This document shows, piece by piece, positions 33,433-46,432 of a DNA stretch of 64,000 nucleotides. The stretch covers positions 682,001-746,000 of the forward strand of contig OZ025792.1 in assembly GCA_964019425.1 (NCBI GenBank), given 5' to 3'. The notes below the pieces were generated by a model. The model was not told where the DNA came from, searched no databases, and saw nothing but the letters and a program-made list of their open reading frames with translations. This DNA comes from Flectonema sp. DT1601 (lineage: Eukaryota). How positions within the stretch are numbered: the stretch's first letter is position 1; each line of letters begins with the position of its first letter. Both the position numbers and the translations under genes were made by a program.

Positions 33433-36400
33433 ATGCGTCAATCGTCATTAGCGATATTGCTGTCTTTGATTGGCAGCTCACTTGCAGATGAGTGCCCGAA
33501 AACTGACTATTGCTCTCCAGGGACAACATTTGTTGGTAAGAAACTGTCCTTTAAAGATAGTATTGGAACTATTTCATGTGATAAAGGAGTAGCCTCACCA
33601 GAATATATTGATGTCGGATGTGGTGCTATCGATTCCTTTGAAGCCGTGAACCAATTGATTGCTCGTCCTGCCAGTTTCGAAGGTGCTACACCATTTTCTG
33701 CTGCAGTAGTTTGTGAAGCAGACGGCGTCACAGAGTACAGACTTAAAAGTAAATACGAGGTTGCAGACTGCATTCCACTTCCTGATGACAAATCGCAATC
33801 CGGATCAGGAAATTCTGGTTCTGCAGACTCCGAGTCCAGTACTGGTTCCGGTAGTTCCCTCTCTGGGTCGGGAAGCTCTCTCTCAGGTTCATCCGATTCC
33901 GACTCGAGATCAGGCAGCTCGCAATCTGGTTCTGGTAGCTGGTCAGGTTCTGGTTCAGGCAGCTCACAATCCAATTCTGGCAGCTCTCTCTCAGGTTCAT
34001 CCGACTCCGACTCGAGATCAGGCAGCTCACTATCTGGTTCTGGCAGCTGGTCAGGTTCTGGTTCAGGCAGCTCCCTCTCAGGTTCATCCGATTCCGACTC
34101 GAGATCAGGCAGCTCGCAATCTGGTTCTGGTAGCTGGTCAGGTTCTGGTTCAGGCAGCTCACAATCCAATTCTGGCAGCTCTCTCTCAGGTTCATCCGAC
34201 TCCGACTCGAGATCAGGCAGCTCACTATCTGGTTCTGGCAGCTGGTCAGGTTCTGGTTCAGGCAGCTCACAATCTGGTTCTGGCAGCTCCCTCTCAGGTT
34301 CATCCGATTCCGACTCGAGATCAGACAGCTCACAATCTGGTTCTGGTAGCTGGTCAGGTTCTAGTTCAGGAAGCTCCCTCTCAGGTTCATCCGACTCCGA
34401 CTCGAGATCAGGAAGCTCACTATCTGGTTCTGGCAGCTGGTCAGGTTCTGGTTCAGGCAGCTCCCTCTCAGGTTCATCCGACTCCGACTCGAGATCAGGA
34501 AGCTCACAATCTGGTTCTGGTAGCTCCCTCTCAGGTTCATCCGATTCCGACTCGAGATCAGGCAGCTCGCAATCTGGTTCTGGTAGCTGGTCAGGTTTTG
34601 GTTCAGGCAGCTCACAATCCAATTCTGGCAGCTCTCTCTCAGGTTCATCCGACTCCGACTCGAGATCAGGAAGCTCACTATCTGGTTCTGGCAGCTGGTC
34701 AGGTTCTGGTTCAGGCAGCTCCCTCTCAGGTTCATCCGACTCCGACTCGAGATCAGGAAGCTCACTATCTGGTTCTGGTAGCTCCCTCTCAGGTTCATCC
34801 GATTCCGACTCGAGATCAGGCAGCTCGCAATCTGGTTCTGGCAGCTGGTCAGGTTCTGGTTCAGGCAGCTCCCTCTCAGGTTCATCCGACTCCGACTCGA
34901 GATCAGGAAGCTCACAATCTGGTTCTGGTAGCTCCCTCTCAGGTTCATCCGATTCCGACTCGAGATCAGGCAGCTCGCAATCTGGTTCTGGTAGCTGGTC
35001 AGGTTTTGGTTCAGGCAGCTCACAATCCAATTCTGGCAGCTCTCTCTCAGGTTCATCCGACTCCGACTCGAGATCAGGAAGCTCACAATCTGGTTCTGGT
35101 AGCTCCCTCTCAGGTTCATCCGATTCCGACTCGAGATCAGGCAGCTCGCAATCTGGTTCTGGCAGCTGGTCAGGTTCTGGTTCAGGCAGCTCCCTCTCAG
35201 GTTCATCCGACTCCGACTCGAGATCAGGAAGCTCACAATCTGGTTCTGGTAGCTCCCTCTCAGGTTCATCCGATTCCGACTCGAGATCAGGCAGCTCGCA
35301 ATCTGGTTCTGGTAGCTGGTCAGGTTTTGGTTCAGGCAGCTCACAATCCAATTCTGGCAGCTCTCTCTCAGGTTCATCCGACTCCGACTCGAGATCAGGA
35401 AGCTCACTATCTGGTTCTGGCAGCTGGTCAGGTTCTGGTTCAGGCAGCTCCCTCTCAGGTTCATCCGACTCCGACTCGAGATCAGGAAGCTCACTATCTG
35501 GTTCTGGTAGCTGGTCAGGTTCTGGTTCAGGCAGCTCCCTCTCAGGTTCATCCGACTCCGACTCGAGATCAGGCAGCTCACAATCTGGTTCTGGTAGCTG
35601 GTCAGGTTCTGGGTCGATAAGTTCTCTATTAGGTTCATCCGACTCCGATTCAAGATCAGGCGACTCACAATATGGTTCTGGTAGCGGCTCATGGTCTGGC
35701 TCTGGTTCTGGTAACTGGTCAGGTTCTGGGTCCGGCAGCTCTGACTCTGACTCCAGCTTCTCTGGTTCTGGAAGTACTGGATCCAGGTCAGGTTCTGGTT
35801 CAGGAAGCTCCCTTTCAGGTTCATCCGACTCCGATTCGATATCAGGAAGCTCGCAATCTGGATCTGGTAGCTGGTCAGGTTCTGGTTCAGGCAGCTCACA
35901 AGCTGGTTCTGGAAGCTGGTCAGGTTCAGGTAGCTCCCTCTCAGGTTCATCCGACTCTGACTCGAGATCAGTCAGTTCAAAATCTGATTCTGGCAGTGGC
36001 TCATGGTCGGGCTCTGGTTCAGGTAACTGGTCAGGTTCTGGGTCAGGCAGCTCGCAATCTGGTTCTGGCAGTGGCTCATGGTCGGGCTCTGGTAACTGGT
36101 CAGGTTCTGGGTCGGGAAGCTCTGACTACAGCTCCTCTGGTTCTGGAAGTGCTGGCTCTTGGTCAGGTTCTGGGTCAGGAAGTTCTCTCTCAGGTTCATC
36201 CGACTCCTACTCAGGTTCGAACTCCAGAACTGGATCGTCGGACTCTGGCAGTTGGTCTGATTCGCACTCAGGGAAATCAAAGGTAACTAGTGAGCCGAGC
36301 GGTCGTATTTCTGGTGCTTCTCCATCTTCTGATGACTCATTATCGTCTGGAGCGATGGTTGCAGTGATTGTCGTCCCGTTTGTGGCATTGGTATTGATTG

Positions 36401-36531
36401 TAGGCGCAGTACTTGTGAAAAGAAAGTTCTATTCAAAACCAGCCACCAGCAGCAATGAGCTGCTTGAATTAGGAGATTTGGATAAGGCTGATTACCATGG
36501 TACTAAGGATGATTCGTTGCTTTTAAACTAA
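33433..36531 (+). CDS. Ser/Gly-repeat type-I membrane surface protein, copy 6 (1032 aa)
   Basis: Same architecture; diagnostic variants SSQSNSG and SWSGFG. Confidence 0.9.
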   Translation: MRQSSLAILLSLIGSSLADECPKTDYCSPGTTFVGKKLSFKDSIGTISCDKGVASPEYIDVGCGAIDSFEAVNQLIARPASFEGATPFSAAVVCEADGVTEYRLKSKYEVADCIPLPDDKSQSGSGNSGSADSESSTGSGSSLSGSGSSLSGSSDSDSRSGSSQSGSGSWSGSGSGSSQSNSGSSLSGSSDSDSRSGSSLSGSGSWSGSGSGSSLSGSSDSDSRSGSSQSGSGSWSGSGSGSSQSNSGSSLSGSSDSDSRSGSSLSGSGSWSGSGSGSSQSGSGSSLSGSSDSDSRSDSSQSGSGSWSGSSSGSSLSGSSDSDSRSGSSLSGSGSWSGSGSGSSLSGSSDSDSRSGSSQSGSGSSLSGSSDSDSRSGSSQSGSGSWSGFGSGSSQSNSGSSLSGSSDSDSRSGSSLSGSGSWSGSGSGSSLSGSSDSDSRSGSSLSGSGSSLSGSSDSDSRSGSSQSGSGSWSGSGSGSSLSGSSDSDSRSGSSQSGSGSSLSGSSDSDSRSGSSQSGSGSWSGFGSGSSQSNSGSSLSGSSDSDSRSGSSQSGSGSSLSGSSDSDSRSGSSQSGSGSWSGSGSGSSLSGSSDSDSRSGSSQSGSGSSLSGSSDSDSRSGSSQSGSGSWSGFGSGSSQSNSGSSLSGSSDSDSRSGSSLSGSGSWSGSGSGSSLSGSSDSDSRSGSSLSGSGSWSGSGSGSSLSGSSDSDSRSGSSQSGSGSWSGSGSISSLLGSSDSDSRSGDSQYGSGSGSWSGSGSGNWSGSGSGSSDSDSSFSGSGSTGSRSGSGSGSSLSGSSDSDSISGSSQSGSGSWSGSGSGSSQAGSGSWSGSGSSLSGSSDSDSRSVSSKSDSGSGSWSGSGSGNWSGSGSGSSQSGSGSGSWSGSGNWSGSGSGSSDYSSSGSGSAGSWSGSGSGSSLSGSSDSYSGSNSRTGSSDSGSWSDSHSGKSKVTSEPSGRISGASPSSDDSLSSGAMVAVIVVPFVALVLIVGAVLVKRKFYSKPATSSNELLELGDLDKADYHGTKDDSLLLN

Positions 36532-37400
36532 GTATTACGGTTTTATCTTTCTTCCTTCTCTTTAAATGAAAAATTCTTTAATAACAATTCTATAGATTAT
36601 CTTTGAGGTTCTTTTTCTTATGAATCTATTTGCCAGTACTAATACCACAGTTAGTTATCTCTTTTTTGAATTAAAGAAGCGATCATTGGAATTGAAGAAA
36701 GATGAGCAGACGAACTGAAATGTTCTTCTGCATTTTTAGTTTGCGTTGCTGTCGAAAACTTCGCTAGCAGCAATGCGAATTATCCCTCCTCCTCTTTTGT
36801 ATTTAATCCTCTCTTGTGAGGATTATTCTTTAAAATTATCCCTCACACAGCTGCATAAAACTTTGAAATAAAAAAGAAATCATCGAGGACTCTATTCATT
36901 TGATTTATATATTTGTGAACACATGTAGCGCCCTGAAAAATATGATCCCGATGCGAGCTCTTTATTCTTACGGGATGAGCAAAGTAGAGCAATGCGTCTA
37001 TCAAAGTTATTTCTTGTTGCGCATAATGAACCTGTATTTTTTCAATTTCGGCCGTTTTTTTGAAAGAGCCCGCATGTATGCGCTACAACTTCTCCCACAT
37101 TCTTATTTTTATTTTATTTTAATTCTTAATTGTTTTGCACCGACCAAGTCGGAAAAAAAACAAATTCAGAAGAACAGTTTATATTAACTACTTGCTGAAA
37201 AATGTTTTAGTTTTGCTGCAGCTGTCATCGTCAAGGAAGCGTCAGTACCCTTTGGTGATTTACAGTACAAAGGCGCGCTCTTCTCTGAACACCACCACTG
37301 TAACTGAACCTGTTAGTAACAGTGAATTCAAGAACGGTACATGACAGATTCAAACTCTTCTTTTAGCTCTCTCCTCGTCATGTATTGTTTTACGAGTAGT

Positions 37401-37453
37401 GATACAGTGTGATACAGTGTGATACAGTGTGGTACATTGTGGTACAGTGTGAT
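37401..37453. repeat. 10-bp tandem repeat (GATACAGTGT) x5
   Basis: Read directly; expanded relative to the paralogous segment at ~43252-43275. Confidence 0.8.
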
Positions 37454-38893
37454 ATTTATCAGCAGGTCACTGCCGCGAGTAACTAATAAATTGGATACCG
37501 GAAAGGGAAAAAGTTCGAAAAAATTCAAAATAGCGTTAAGCTGGTTTTGAACATTTTTCAGCAATTCTCTCCCTCAATTCTTCTTTATGTTTTAATTTAT
37601 TCTTTTTTTTCATTGCTTTGCACTGACCAAGTCGGAAAGGAACCTTTTCTAATTAGGAACCGTTATATATCTATTTTCCTCCATTTTTCTGTCTTGGTCA
37701 GTGAGACAAAAATATATACAAACTGTATTTCCTAATTTGCAATCAAATCTCCCACACCGACAATAACACGAGAAAAAAAATGAATAAAAAAAAAAACTTA
37801 TTCATTCGCTGATTCACTCGCGATGGCACACAAATAAGCGCCTTCGTCATTCCCATTTCTGTTTATCTCATCATCCGATGTGGGTGAGGACAGTAGGACT
37901 GTTTTTTAGCTCTCATATCCTCTGTCTTCATATCTGGCACAGTTATGACCATAAACTAACTGTCATCTTACCTGATCCTTTTGGTTTTCATTTCTTACTG
38001 AGTGATATGGCTATGTGCTGCCCAATTTTTGTTGTGCTTTTATAAAGCTTTTCGGTAAGCAGTACAAATATAATGCTTTGGACAACTGGGGGTGAAAGAT
38101 CCTCAGTACTGTTCTGGCGGTTTCTATTTTTTCATTCGTGGTGTGTGGGCATATGGCACGTATATGGTCGTATTATAAAAAAAGATGCTATATATGGAAC
38201 AACAAATGATTTTTTGTTTTTCACCTTCCCCACCTACTTTTGTTTTCAACCTGTTAGAGAGACTCGTCAGTTTGGTATTTTGCTACCCAACTAACTATTT
38301 TAAAAATAGTATTAGTATCGGTCAGCAACCTGCTTAGGATGAATTCATTAGAAGGCCAAAAAAAAAGGGGACAAGTAGTATAAGATTATGGCCTGAAACT
38401 ATGTTTTCCAGGGTGTTATACCAGAACAGCAGAAGAATTTAGTTATTTAATGTTTTCACTATCTTATTTTTTCAAATGCAATTTTTTTAATAATCTCGTA
38501 TGCTGACTATACTAATTTTCTGATAATTTGCTCTCCACTTGTCAACATTAATTTTTTTTGATAATTTGCAATAAAATCTCCCACATCGGCAATAATATGA
38601 GAAATAAATTAAAAAAAAAAAAACTTTTTCGTTCACTGATTCGCTCGCGAGGGCACACAAAGTAACGCCGTCGTTGTTCCCAACATAATTTCTGTTTATC
38701 TCATCATCCGATGTGGGTGAGGACAGTAGGACTGTTTTCTAGCTCTCATGTTCCTCTGTTCTTCATCCTGCTATTCGACCTGTGGGAAGAATGCTCCAAC
38801 ACTACTGTGGGAACTGTTATGTTGCAATACTTCTACTCCAAGGTTTGTTATTTAAGATATTCTTCTCTTCAACAGTAATTAACAATCACAACT

Positions 38894-40021
38894 ATGCGTC
38901 AATCGTCATTAGCGGTATTGCTGTCTTTGATTGGCAGCTCACTTGCAGATGAGTGCCCGAAAACTGACTATTGCTCTCCAGGGACAACATTTGTTGGTAA
39001 GAAACTGTCCTTTAAAGATAGTATTGGAACTATTTCATGTGATAAAGGAGTAGCCTCACCAGAATATATTGATGTCGGATGTGGTGCTATCGATTCCTTT
39101 GAAGCCGTGAACCAATTGATTGCTCGTCCTGCCAGTTTCGAAGGTGCTACACCATTTTCTGCTGCAGTAGTTTGTGAAGCAGACGGCGTCACAGAGTACA
39201 GACTTAAAAGTAAATACGAGGTTGCAGACTGCATTCCACTCCCTGATAACAAGTCGCAATCCGGATCAGGAAATTTCGGTTCCGCAGACTCGAAGTCCAG
39301 TACTGGTTCCGGTAGTTCCCTCTCTGGGTCGGGAAGCTCTCTCTCAGGTTCTGAAAACCCTCTCTTGGGCTCGAGATTAATCAACTCGCAATCTAGTTCC
39401 GGCAATGGCTCAAATTCCAGTTCTGGGTCAGGCAGTTCCGATTCATCCGACTCCGACTCGAGATCAGGCAGCTCACAATCTGATTCTGGCAGTGGCTCAA
39501 ATTCCAGCTACGATTCTGGCAGCTCGCAATCCGGATCAGGAAATTCTAGTTCTGCAGACTCCGAGTCCAGTACTGGTTCCGGTAGTTCCCTCTTGAGTTC
39601 ATCGGACCCTAACTTGAAATCAGGCAACGCAAACTCCGGTTCTGGGTCGGGAAGTTCTCTCTCAGGTTCATCCGACTCCTACTCAGGTTCGGACTCCAGA
39701 ACTGGATCGTCGGACTCTGGCAGTCAATCTGATTCGGACTCGGGGTCAAACCACAGTTCTGATTCAGGTAGTTTTGTGTCTGTGTCTTCTTCATCTGATG
39801 ATTCATTATCGTTAGGAGTATTGGCAGTGGTGATTGCTGTTCCAGCTGTATCAATGGGATTATTTATTAGCATAGTACTTGTGAAGAAGGGCTTCTTTTC
39901 AAAACCAGTGACTACCGGCAGCAATGAACTCGAATTGGGCGATTTGGGAAAAAATGCTGGCGATTTGGAAAAAACTGCTTACCAAGGTACTACAGTGGAA
40001 GGTGCTAAGCAGCCTGTCTGA
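38894..40021 (+). CDS. Surface protein copy 7, short-stalk subfamily (375 aa)
   Basis: Identical N-domain, Asn-containing Ser/Gly stalk (NGS, NSS, NHS sequons), and divergent TM and tail. Confidence 0.9.
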   Translation: MRQSSLAVLLSLIGSSLADECPKTDYCSPGTTFVGKKLSFKDSIGTISCDKGVASPEYIDVGCGAIDSFEAVNQLIARPASFEGATPFSAAVVCEADGVTEYRLKSKYEVADCIPLPDNKSQSGSGNFGSADSKSSTGSGSSLSGSGSSLSGSENPLLGSRLINSQSSSGNGSNSSSGSGSSDSSDSDSRSGSSQSDSGSGSNSSYDSGSSQSGSGNSSSADSESSTGSGSSLLSSSDPNLKSGNANSGSGSGSSLSGSSDSYSGSDSRTGSSDSGSQSDSDSGSNHSSDSGSFVSVSSSSDDSLSLGVLAVVIAVPAVSMGLFISIVLVKKGFFSKPVTTGSNELELGDLGKNAGDLEKTAYQGTTVEGAKQPV

Positions 40022-40504
40022 GTTATTCCTATATTCTTTTTTTGTGCTGCTTTCCAAAACTCCACTTGCAGCAGATGTGTTATCTTGCTCCCCTTTTGCA
40101 TGTTCCTCTCTTTTTTTTAAAAAAATCCCTCACACATTAGCTGTGTTGCAGTACATAGTTTTGCTAATTCTTTGTTAAAGAGATAAATAGCTTTGCTTTC
40201 TCGGATTCACCTTGACTCAATGATATCAAGTGAATACGTGCATACTGATCATTTCCTCAACATTGAAAGGTGTACTTGAGTTGCACAGGCTTACAAACAG
40301 ATAAAGTAAGCATTCGATGGTTGTGTGGTTTGATGATTTCTTCCTCCATTCGTTTTATCAATTCGACAACGTCTTTTTGTTAATAAGACAGAAAATTATA
40401 TATTTCCCTTTTTTATGTTTTTTCTCTTTTTAAAGGTACCTTTACTCTGATTAACAACAACAAATATATTTTTTCAGAAAACACAATAAAAATTTTGTAT
40501 TAAT

Positions 40505-41217
40505 CATAGATGGAAGTGCCCTACAATTTGGAGGGCGTGTGGGGGGCGCTTTTTTTCCCCTTTTTTATTACTATAAGACAGCTGAAATTGACGGCACCAT
40601 ACGCCGCTGCACGAGCGAACCGCTCACTCCTCTCGGTTGGCGAGAACAGCTTGCTAATAACGCCAGCAGATTCAGTTTCGGTTGCACTGGTTAGGCTAAT
40701 CTGACCGCTCGGGGGCTCTTTTCCCTTGTGTTGCTAGTATTGCAGTGCATCAACACATTGAATGGATCCACACCGTTTGTGCCATGAGGCATCTGACACC
40801 AGTATTCCCGGACGACGTCATGCTGATTCCAAGCGAAAATAAATAAAAAGAAAATAATAACTCCAGAATTTCTGGAGCTCCGGTGGTTTACTCCGAACCA
40901 TAACCTGGAGGTCCCGGGTTCGAACCCCGTGACAACCCTTTTCTCTCTTTTTCGTAAGACTGCCAAGCATGTCAAAATTTTTTTAAAGTTGTTCCCGCAG
41001 GTAGCTGAGAAGGATCAGCAAATCGTTAGAAGAAACTTGTATCCTCGCACGGTTTCTGTCTTGATGGCGTTACCGCAATGCGCCATCAAGTAATTGGTGC
41101 CGGTGTTGCCGTCAGATGTGTATCTGAATACGTGGTGGGTGGAGGGGGGGAGACCGTCTGCCAAAAGGTAATCCGTGATGTGTTAGTAAGTGGTATTGGT
41201 ATTCAAAAGAATTTAAT
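40505..41217. mobile_element. ~710-bp insertion flanked by TTAAT duplication, containing a tRNA-like segment (SINE-like/mosaic)
   Basis: The paralogous empty site at ~45461-45490 reads TATTAAT|ACCAAAAG. Here TTAAT occurs at both 40500-40504 and 41213-41217. No terminal inverted repeats seen. Confidence 0.55.
40872..40938 (+). pseudogene. Degenerate tRNA-Met(CAT)-like sequence
   Basis: A-box-like GAGCTCCGGTGG, CATAA followed by CCTGGAGGTC, and T-arm CGGG-TTCGAAC-CCCG. Acceptor and anticodon stems are imperfect. Confidence 0.5.
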
Positions 41218-44029
41218 ACCAAAAGTTGTTATTGTTTTTATGTTGTCAAGGTTTCACCCTCAATCGATTGCATCGATACCAACTGTTAGTCTTTTTACTT
41301 GGCAACTGGATTTGGCTGAACTCTATTTTAGTTGTATTTAATTACAGTATAAAGTTGCCGCCCCCATTTTTTTCAACTTCAAAAATAAAAATTAACACAT
41401 TTAATCAACATTTTATTGCTTAATCTTTTTGTTAGTTATTATTATTTGTTTTTGACGACGTTTTCTTAGCATCGTTGAGGTAGTAGGGTTAAAAATAAAA
41501 AAAAACAATTCAGATTGATTAGCCTTGGATTTTATTGGGTTGAGACTGCTTGCGATTGCCCACGTCCTGCTCCAGCCGACAGATGAAGTACAGTGTTGGG
41601 GTTAACGTCAGGTGTAGTTCTTTTTTTTTCGTTGAACGCAGTCTGTCGCACGGGGGAAAATAAATCTTGACCATTAGAAATAGCAGCTTTCAATCTGAAT
41701 AGTTTCTTCTCCGACTACGTCGTTACGAATAATAATAAAAATAAATTTTCCTGTTATGCAGACAGCTTCCTAGAGATAGGAAGTCTTTTTCTGCTGTAAA
41801 CTTAGCCCATCCCATTGTTATTTATTTTCGGAGTATTTTTCTGCAAAATCCGAGAAGCCTGAACTGCCAGTTTCTTTTTTTCAAATTTAGTTTTTCGCTG
41901 TTGTGACTGGCCAAAAGATTGAACAACGAGCAGAAAATAAAGTAAAGATTTGGGATAACCAAAGAAACGAAGGTCGAGAAGCATTCCGACTTTTCTTTGG
42001 TACTTAATACTTTCGATTATTAAGCAAGAGCTAATAGCCTCCCTACTTCTTAAAACGTTTATATACTTTTGTTGGATCTCACGACATGTTCTGGCTTTTC
42101 ATTTGCGTCTCGTTGGGTTTTGGAGACTATTTGATGAGCTGCATAAAACTTTGAAATAAAAAAGAAATTATCGAGGACTCTATTCATTTGATTTATATAT
42201 TTGTGAAAACATGTAGCGCCCTGAAAGAGCCCGCAAGTATAGGTTTATTCGTAAGGGCGCTACAACGTCTCCCACATTCTTATTTTTATTTTTATTTTTA
42301 TTTAATTCTTAATTGTTTTGCACTGACCAAGTCAGAAAAGAAACTAATTCAGAATAAGAACGTCATGCTATGTGTTGCTATGATGGCTTAGTATAATATT
42401 ATACTCATCATACGACGGTAGGACATGTTCTGGCTTTTCATTTGCGTCTCGTTGGGTTTTGGAGACTATTTGATGAGCTGCATAAAACTTTGAAATAAAA
42501 AAGAAATTATCGAGGACTCTATTCATTTGATTTATATATTTGTGAACACATGTAGCGCCCTGAAAAATATGATCCCGATGCGAGCTCTTTATTCTTACGG
42601 GATGAGAAAAGTAGAGCAATGCGTCTATCAAAGTTATTTGTTGTTGCGCATAATGAACCTGTATTTTTTCAATTTCAGCCGTTTTTTTGAAAGAGCCCGC
42701 AAGTATAGGTTTATTCGTAAGGGCGCTACAACCTCTCCCACATTCTTATTTTTATTTTATTTTAATTCTTAATTGTTTTGCACCGACCAAGTCGGAAAAG
42801 AAACAAATTCAGAAGAACAGTTTATATTAACTAATTGCTGAAAAATGTTTAAATTTTGCCTGCGGGTTCGAACTGCAAAAAAAATGAATTTTAAAAATTC
42901 AAAATTCAAAAAACTTAATTATTTGGTGAGGAACATCTGATCTCTCGAGTGATATTTATCAACTGATTCTTGCTAAACACCTTTTTAAGTTCAATCTGGC
43001 TGCATAAGGGAAGACTTGGAATATAGAGGAGGTGTTATAAAAGTAGCAGGCCATGCAGCTCTAACAGCTGCAGCTGTCATCGTCAAGGAAGCGTCAGTAC
43101 CCTTTGGTGATTTACAGTCAAAGGCGCGCTCTTCTCTGAACACCACCACTGTATCTGAACCTGTTAGTAACAGTGAATTCAAGAACGGTACATGACAGAT
43201 CCAAACTCTTCTTTTAGCTCCCTCCTCGTCATGTATTGTTTTACGAGTAGTGATACAGTGTGGTACAGTGTGGTACTTATCAGCAGGTCACTGCCGCGAG
43301 TAACTAATAAATTGGATACCGGGAAGGGAAAAAGTTCGAAAAAATTCAAAATACGAAGTCGCCACAAATTTTACAGCATCAGAGTGAAGCCGCGAGACAC
43401 TGCTTTTAATCATTTTTCAGCAATATTCTCCCTCAATTCATATTTATATTTTAATTTATTCTTTTTTTTAAATTGTTTTACACTGACCAAGTCGGAAAGG
43501 AAATCTTTAATATTAGGAACCGTTATATATCTATTTTCCTCCCTTTTTCCGTCTTGGTCAATAAAACAAAATATATACAAACTATATTTCCCTTTTTATT
43601 TTTTTCTTTTTTCTGGTCTTTCCTTTTCTTTGATTAATAGCAGCAACCGTCAAGTTTTTCAACCGTCAAGTATTTGATATTAATTTTGTATTAATACCAA
43701 AAGTTGTTACTGTTTTTATGTTGTCAAAGTTTCACCTCCTTTTTGATTACTTGCAATCAAATCTCCCACATCGGCAATAGCACTAGAAATAAAAAAATAA
43801 AAAAATAAAATTTGCGTTCACTGATTTGCTCGCGAGGGAACATAAATTAGCCCCTTCATTGTTCCCAACATAATTTGTGTTTATCTCATTATCCGATGTG
43901 GGTGAGGACAGTAGGACTGTTTTCTAGCTCTCATGTTCCTCTGTTCTTCATCCTGCTATTGAAGTATTGCACTCCAACGTTTGTTATTTAAGATATTCTT
44001 CTCTTCAACAGTAATTAACAATCACAACT

Positions 44030-44989
44030 ATGCGTCAATCGTCATTAGCGGTATTGCTGTCTTTGATTGGCAGCTCACTTGCAGATGAGTGCCCGAAAAC
44101 TGACTATTGCTCTCCAGGGACAACATTTGTTGGTAAGAAACTGTCCTTTAAAGATAGTATTGGAACTATTTCATGTGATAAAGGAGTAGCCTCACCAGAA
44201 TATATTGATGTCGGATGTGGTGCTATCGATTCCTTTAAAGCCGTGAACCAATTGATTGCTCGTCCTGCCAGTTTCGAAGGTGCTACACCATTTTCTGCTG
44301 CAGTAGTTTGTGAAGCAGACGGTGTCACAGAGTACAGACTTAAAAGTAAATACGAGGTTGCAGACTGCATTCCACTCCCTGATTACAAGTCGCAATCCGG
44401 ATCAGGAAATTTCGGTTCCGCAGACTCCAAGTCCAGTACTGGTTCCGGTAGTTCCCTCTCTGGGTCGGGAAGCTCTCTCTCAGGTTCTGAAAACCCTCTC
44501 TTAGGCTCGAGATTAATCAACTCGCAATCTAGTTCCGGCAATGGCTCAAATTCCAGTTCTGGGTCAGGCAGTTCCGATTCATCAGACTCCGACTCGAGAT
44601 CAGGCAGCTCACAATCTGGTTCTGGCAGTGGCTCATACTCCGGTTCTGGGTCAGGAAGTTCTCTCTCAGGTTCATCCGACTCCTACTCAGGTTCGAACTC
44701 CAGAACTGAATCGTCGGACTCTGGCAGTTGGTCTGATTCGCACTCGGGGTCAAACCACAGTACTGAGTCAGGTAGTTTTGTGTCTGGCTCTTCTTCATCT
44801 GATGACGACTCAATCGATGTAAAGGTTGCGATTTCTGTTGTTTCGGCTGTGGCATTAGTATTGTTTGCCGGCGCAGTGCTTTTGAGAAGAAATTTCGTTT
44901 CAAAACCAGTCACTGGCAATGATCTCGAATTGGGAGTGTTGGATCAAACTGCTCACCATGGCACTCCTTATGCTAAGCAACCGAACTAG
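44030..44989 (+). CDS. Surface protein copy 8, short-stalk subfamily (319 aa)
   Basis: Same N-domain (E70K), shortest stalk, TM VAISVVSAVALVLFAGAVLL. Confidence 0.9.
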   Translation: MRQSSLAVLLSLIGSSLADECPKTDYCSPGTTFVGKKLSFKDSIGTISCDKGVASPEYIDVGCGAIDSFKAVNQLIARPASFEGATPFSAAVVCEADGVTEYRLKSKYEVADCIPLPDYKSQSGSGNFGSADSKSSTGSGSSLSGSGSSLSGSENPLLGSRLINSQSSSGNGSNSSSGSGSSDSSDSDSRSGSSQSGSGSGSYSGSGSGSSLSGSSDSYSGSNSRTESSDSGSWSDSHSGSNHSTESGSFVSGSSSSDDDSIDVKVAISVVSAVALVLFAGAVLLRRNFVSKPVTGNDLELGVLDQTAHHGTPYAKQPN

Positions 44990-46432
44990 GTTATTCTTAG
45001 GTATTATTGTTTGTGCTGCTTTCCAAAACTCCGCTTGCAGCAGATGTGTTATCTTCCTCCCTTTTTGCATGTTCCTCTCTTATTTTTTAAAGAATCCCTC
45101 ACACATTAGCTGTGTTGCAGTACATAGTTTTGCTAATTCTTTGTTAAAGAGATAAATAGCTTTGCTTTCTCGGATTCACCTTGACCCAATGATATCAAGT
45201 GAATACGTGCATACTGATCATTTCCTCAACATTGAAAGGTGTACTTGAGTTGCACAGGCTTACAAACAGATAAAGTAAGCATTCGATAGTTGTGTGGTTT
45301 GATGATTTCTTCCTCCATTCGTTTTATCAATTCGACGACGTCTTTTAGTTATTAAGACAGAAATTATATATTTCCCTTTTTTATGTTTTTTCTCTTTTTA
45401 AAGGTACCTTTACTCTGATTAACAACAACAAATATATTTTTTCAGAAAACACAATATAAATTTTATATTAATACCAAAAGTTGTTATTGTTTTTATGTTG
45501 TCAAGGTTTCACCCTCACACGATTGCATCGATACCAACTGTTAGTCTTTTTACATGGCAACTGGATTTGGCTGAACTCTATTTTAGTTGTATTTAATTAC
45601 AGTATCAAGTTACAGCCCTATTTTTTAACTTAAAAAAAAGAGAATATGGAGTCATCCTTTTCCTCTTTCTTCCTTTATTGGAATGCCGAGCATGAATGTA
45701 AAGGCTTAGCCCATCTCGTTGTTTTATTTTCGGAGTATTTTTCTGTAAATTCCGAAAAGAGTGTGTATTGCTATTGTTTTTTTTTTTTAAAATTTAATTT
45801 TCCACTGTTGTGACTGGCCAAAATGCTAAAGGAGAATAAGGATTCGAGATAACCAAAGAAATAAAGGCGAGAGTCATTCCGTCTTTTCTTTGGTTCATAA
45901 TACTTTCGATTAGCTTCCCTGAATTAGTTTCTATTTCTTAAAAACGTTTATATCTTTTACTGGATCTAAAAAAAAAAATTATCGAGGACTCTATTCATTT
46001 GATTTATATATTTGTGAACACATGTAGCGCCCTGAAAAATATAATCCCGGTGCGAGTCTTTATTCTTACGGGATGAGAAAAGTAGAGCAATGCGTCTATC
46101 AAAGTTATTTCTTGTTGCGCATAATGAACCTGTATTTTTTCAATTTCAGCCGTTTTTTTGAAAGGGCCCCCAAGTATAGGTTTATTCGTAAGGGCGCTAC
46201 AACGTCTCCCACATTCTTATTTTTATTTTATTTTAATTCTTAATTGTTTTGCACCGACCAAGTCGGAAAAGAAACAAATTCAGAATAGGAACAGTTTATA
46301 TTAACTAATTGCTGAAAAATGTTTAAATTTTGCCTGCGGGTTCGAACTGCAAAAAAAATGAATTTTAAAAATTCAAAATTCAAAAAACTTAATTATTTGG
46401 TGAGGAACATCTGATCTCTCGAGTGATATTTA

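Noticed and set aside
42858..42878. GGGTTCGAACT B-box-like motif (also ~46337)
   Set aside because: No A-box or cloverleaf, and it is not conserved in the paralogue at ~53085.
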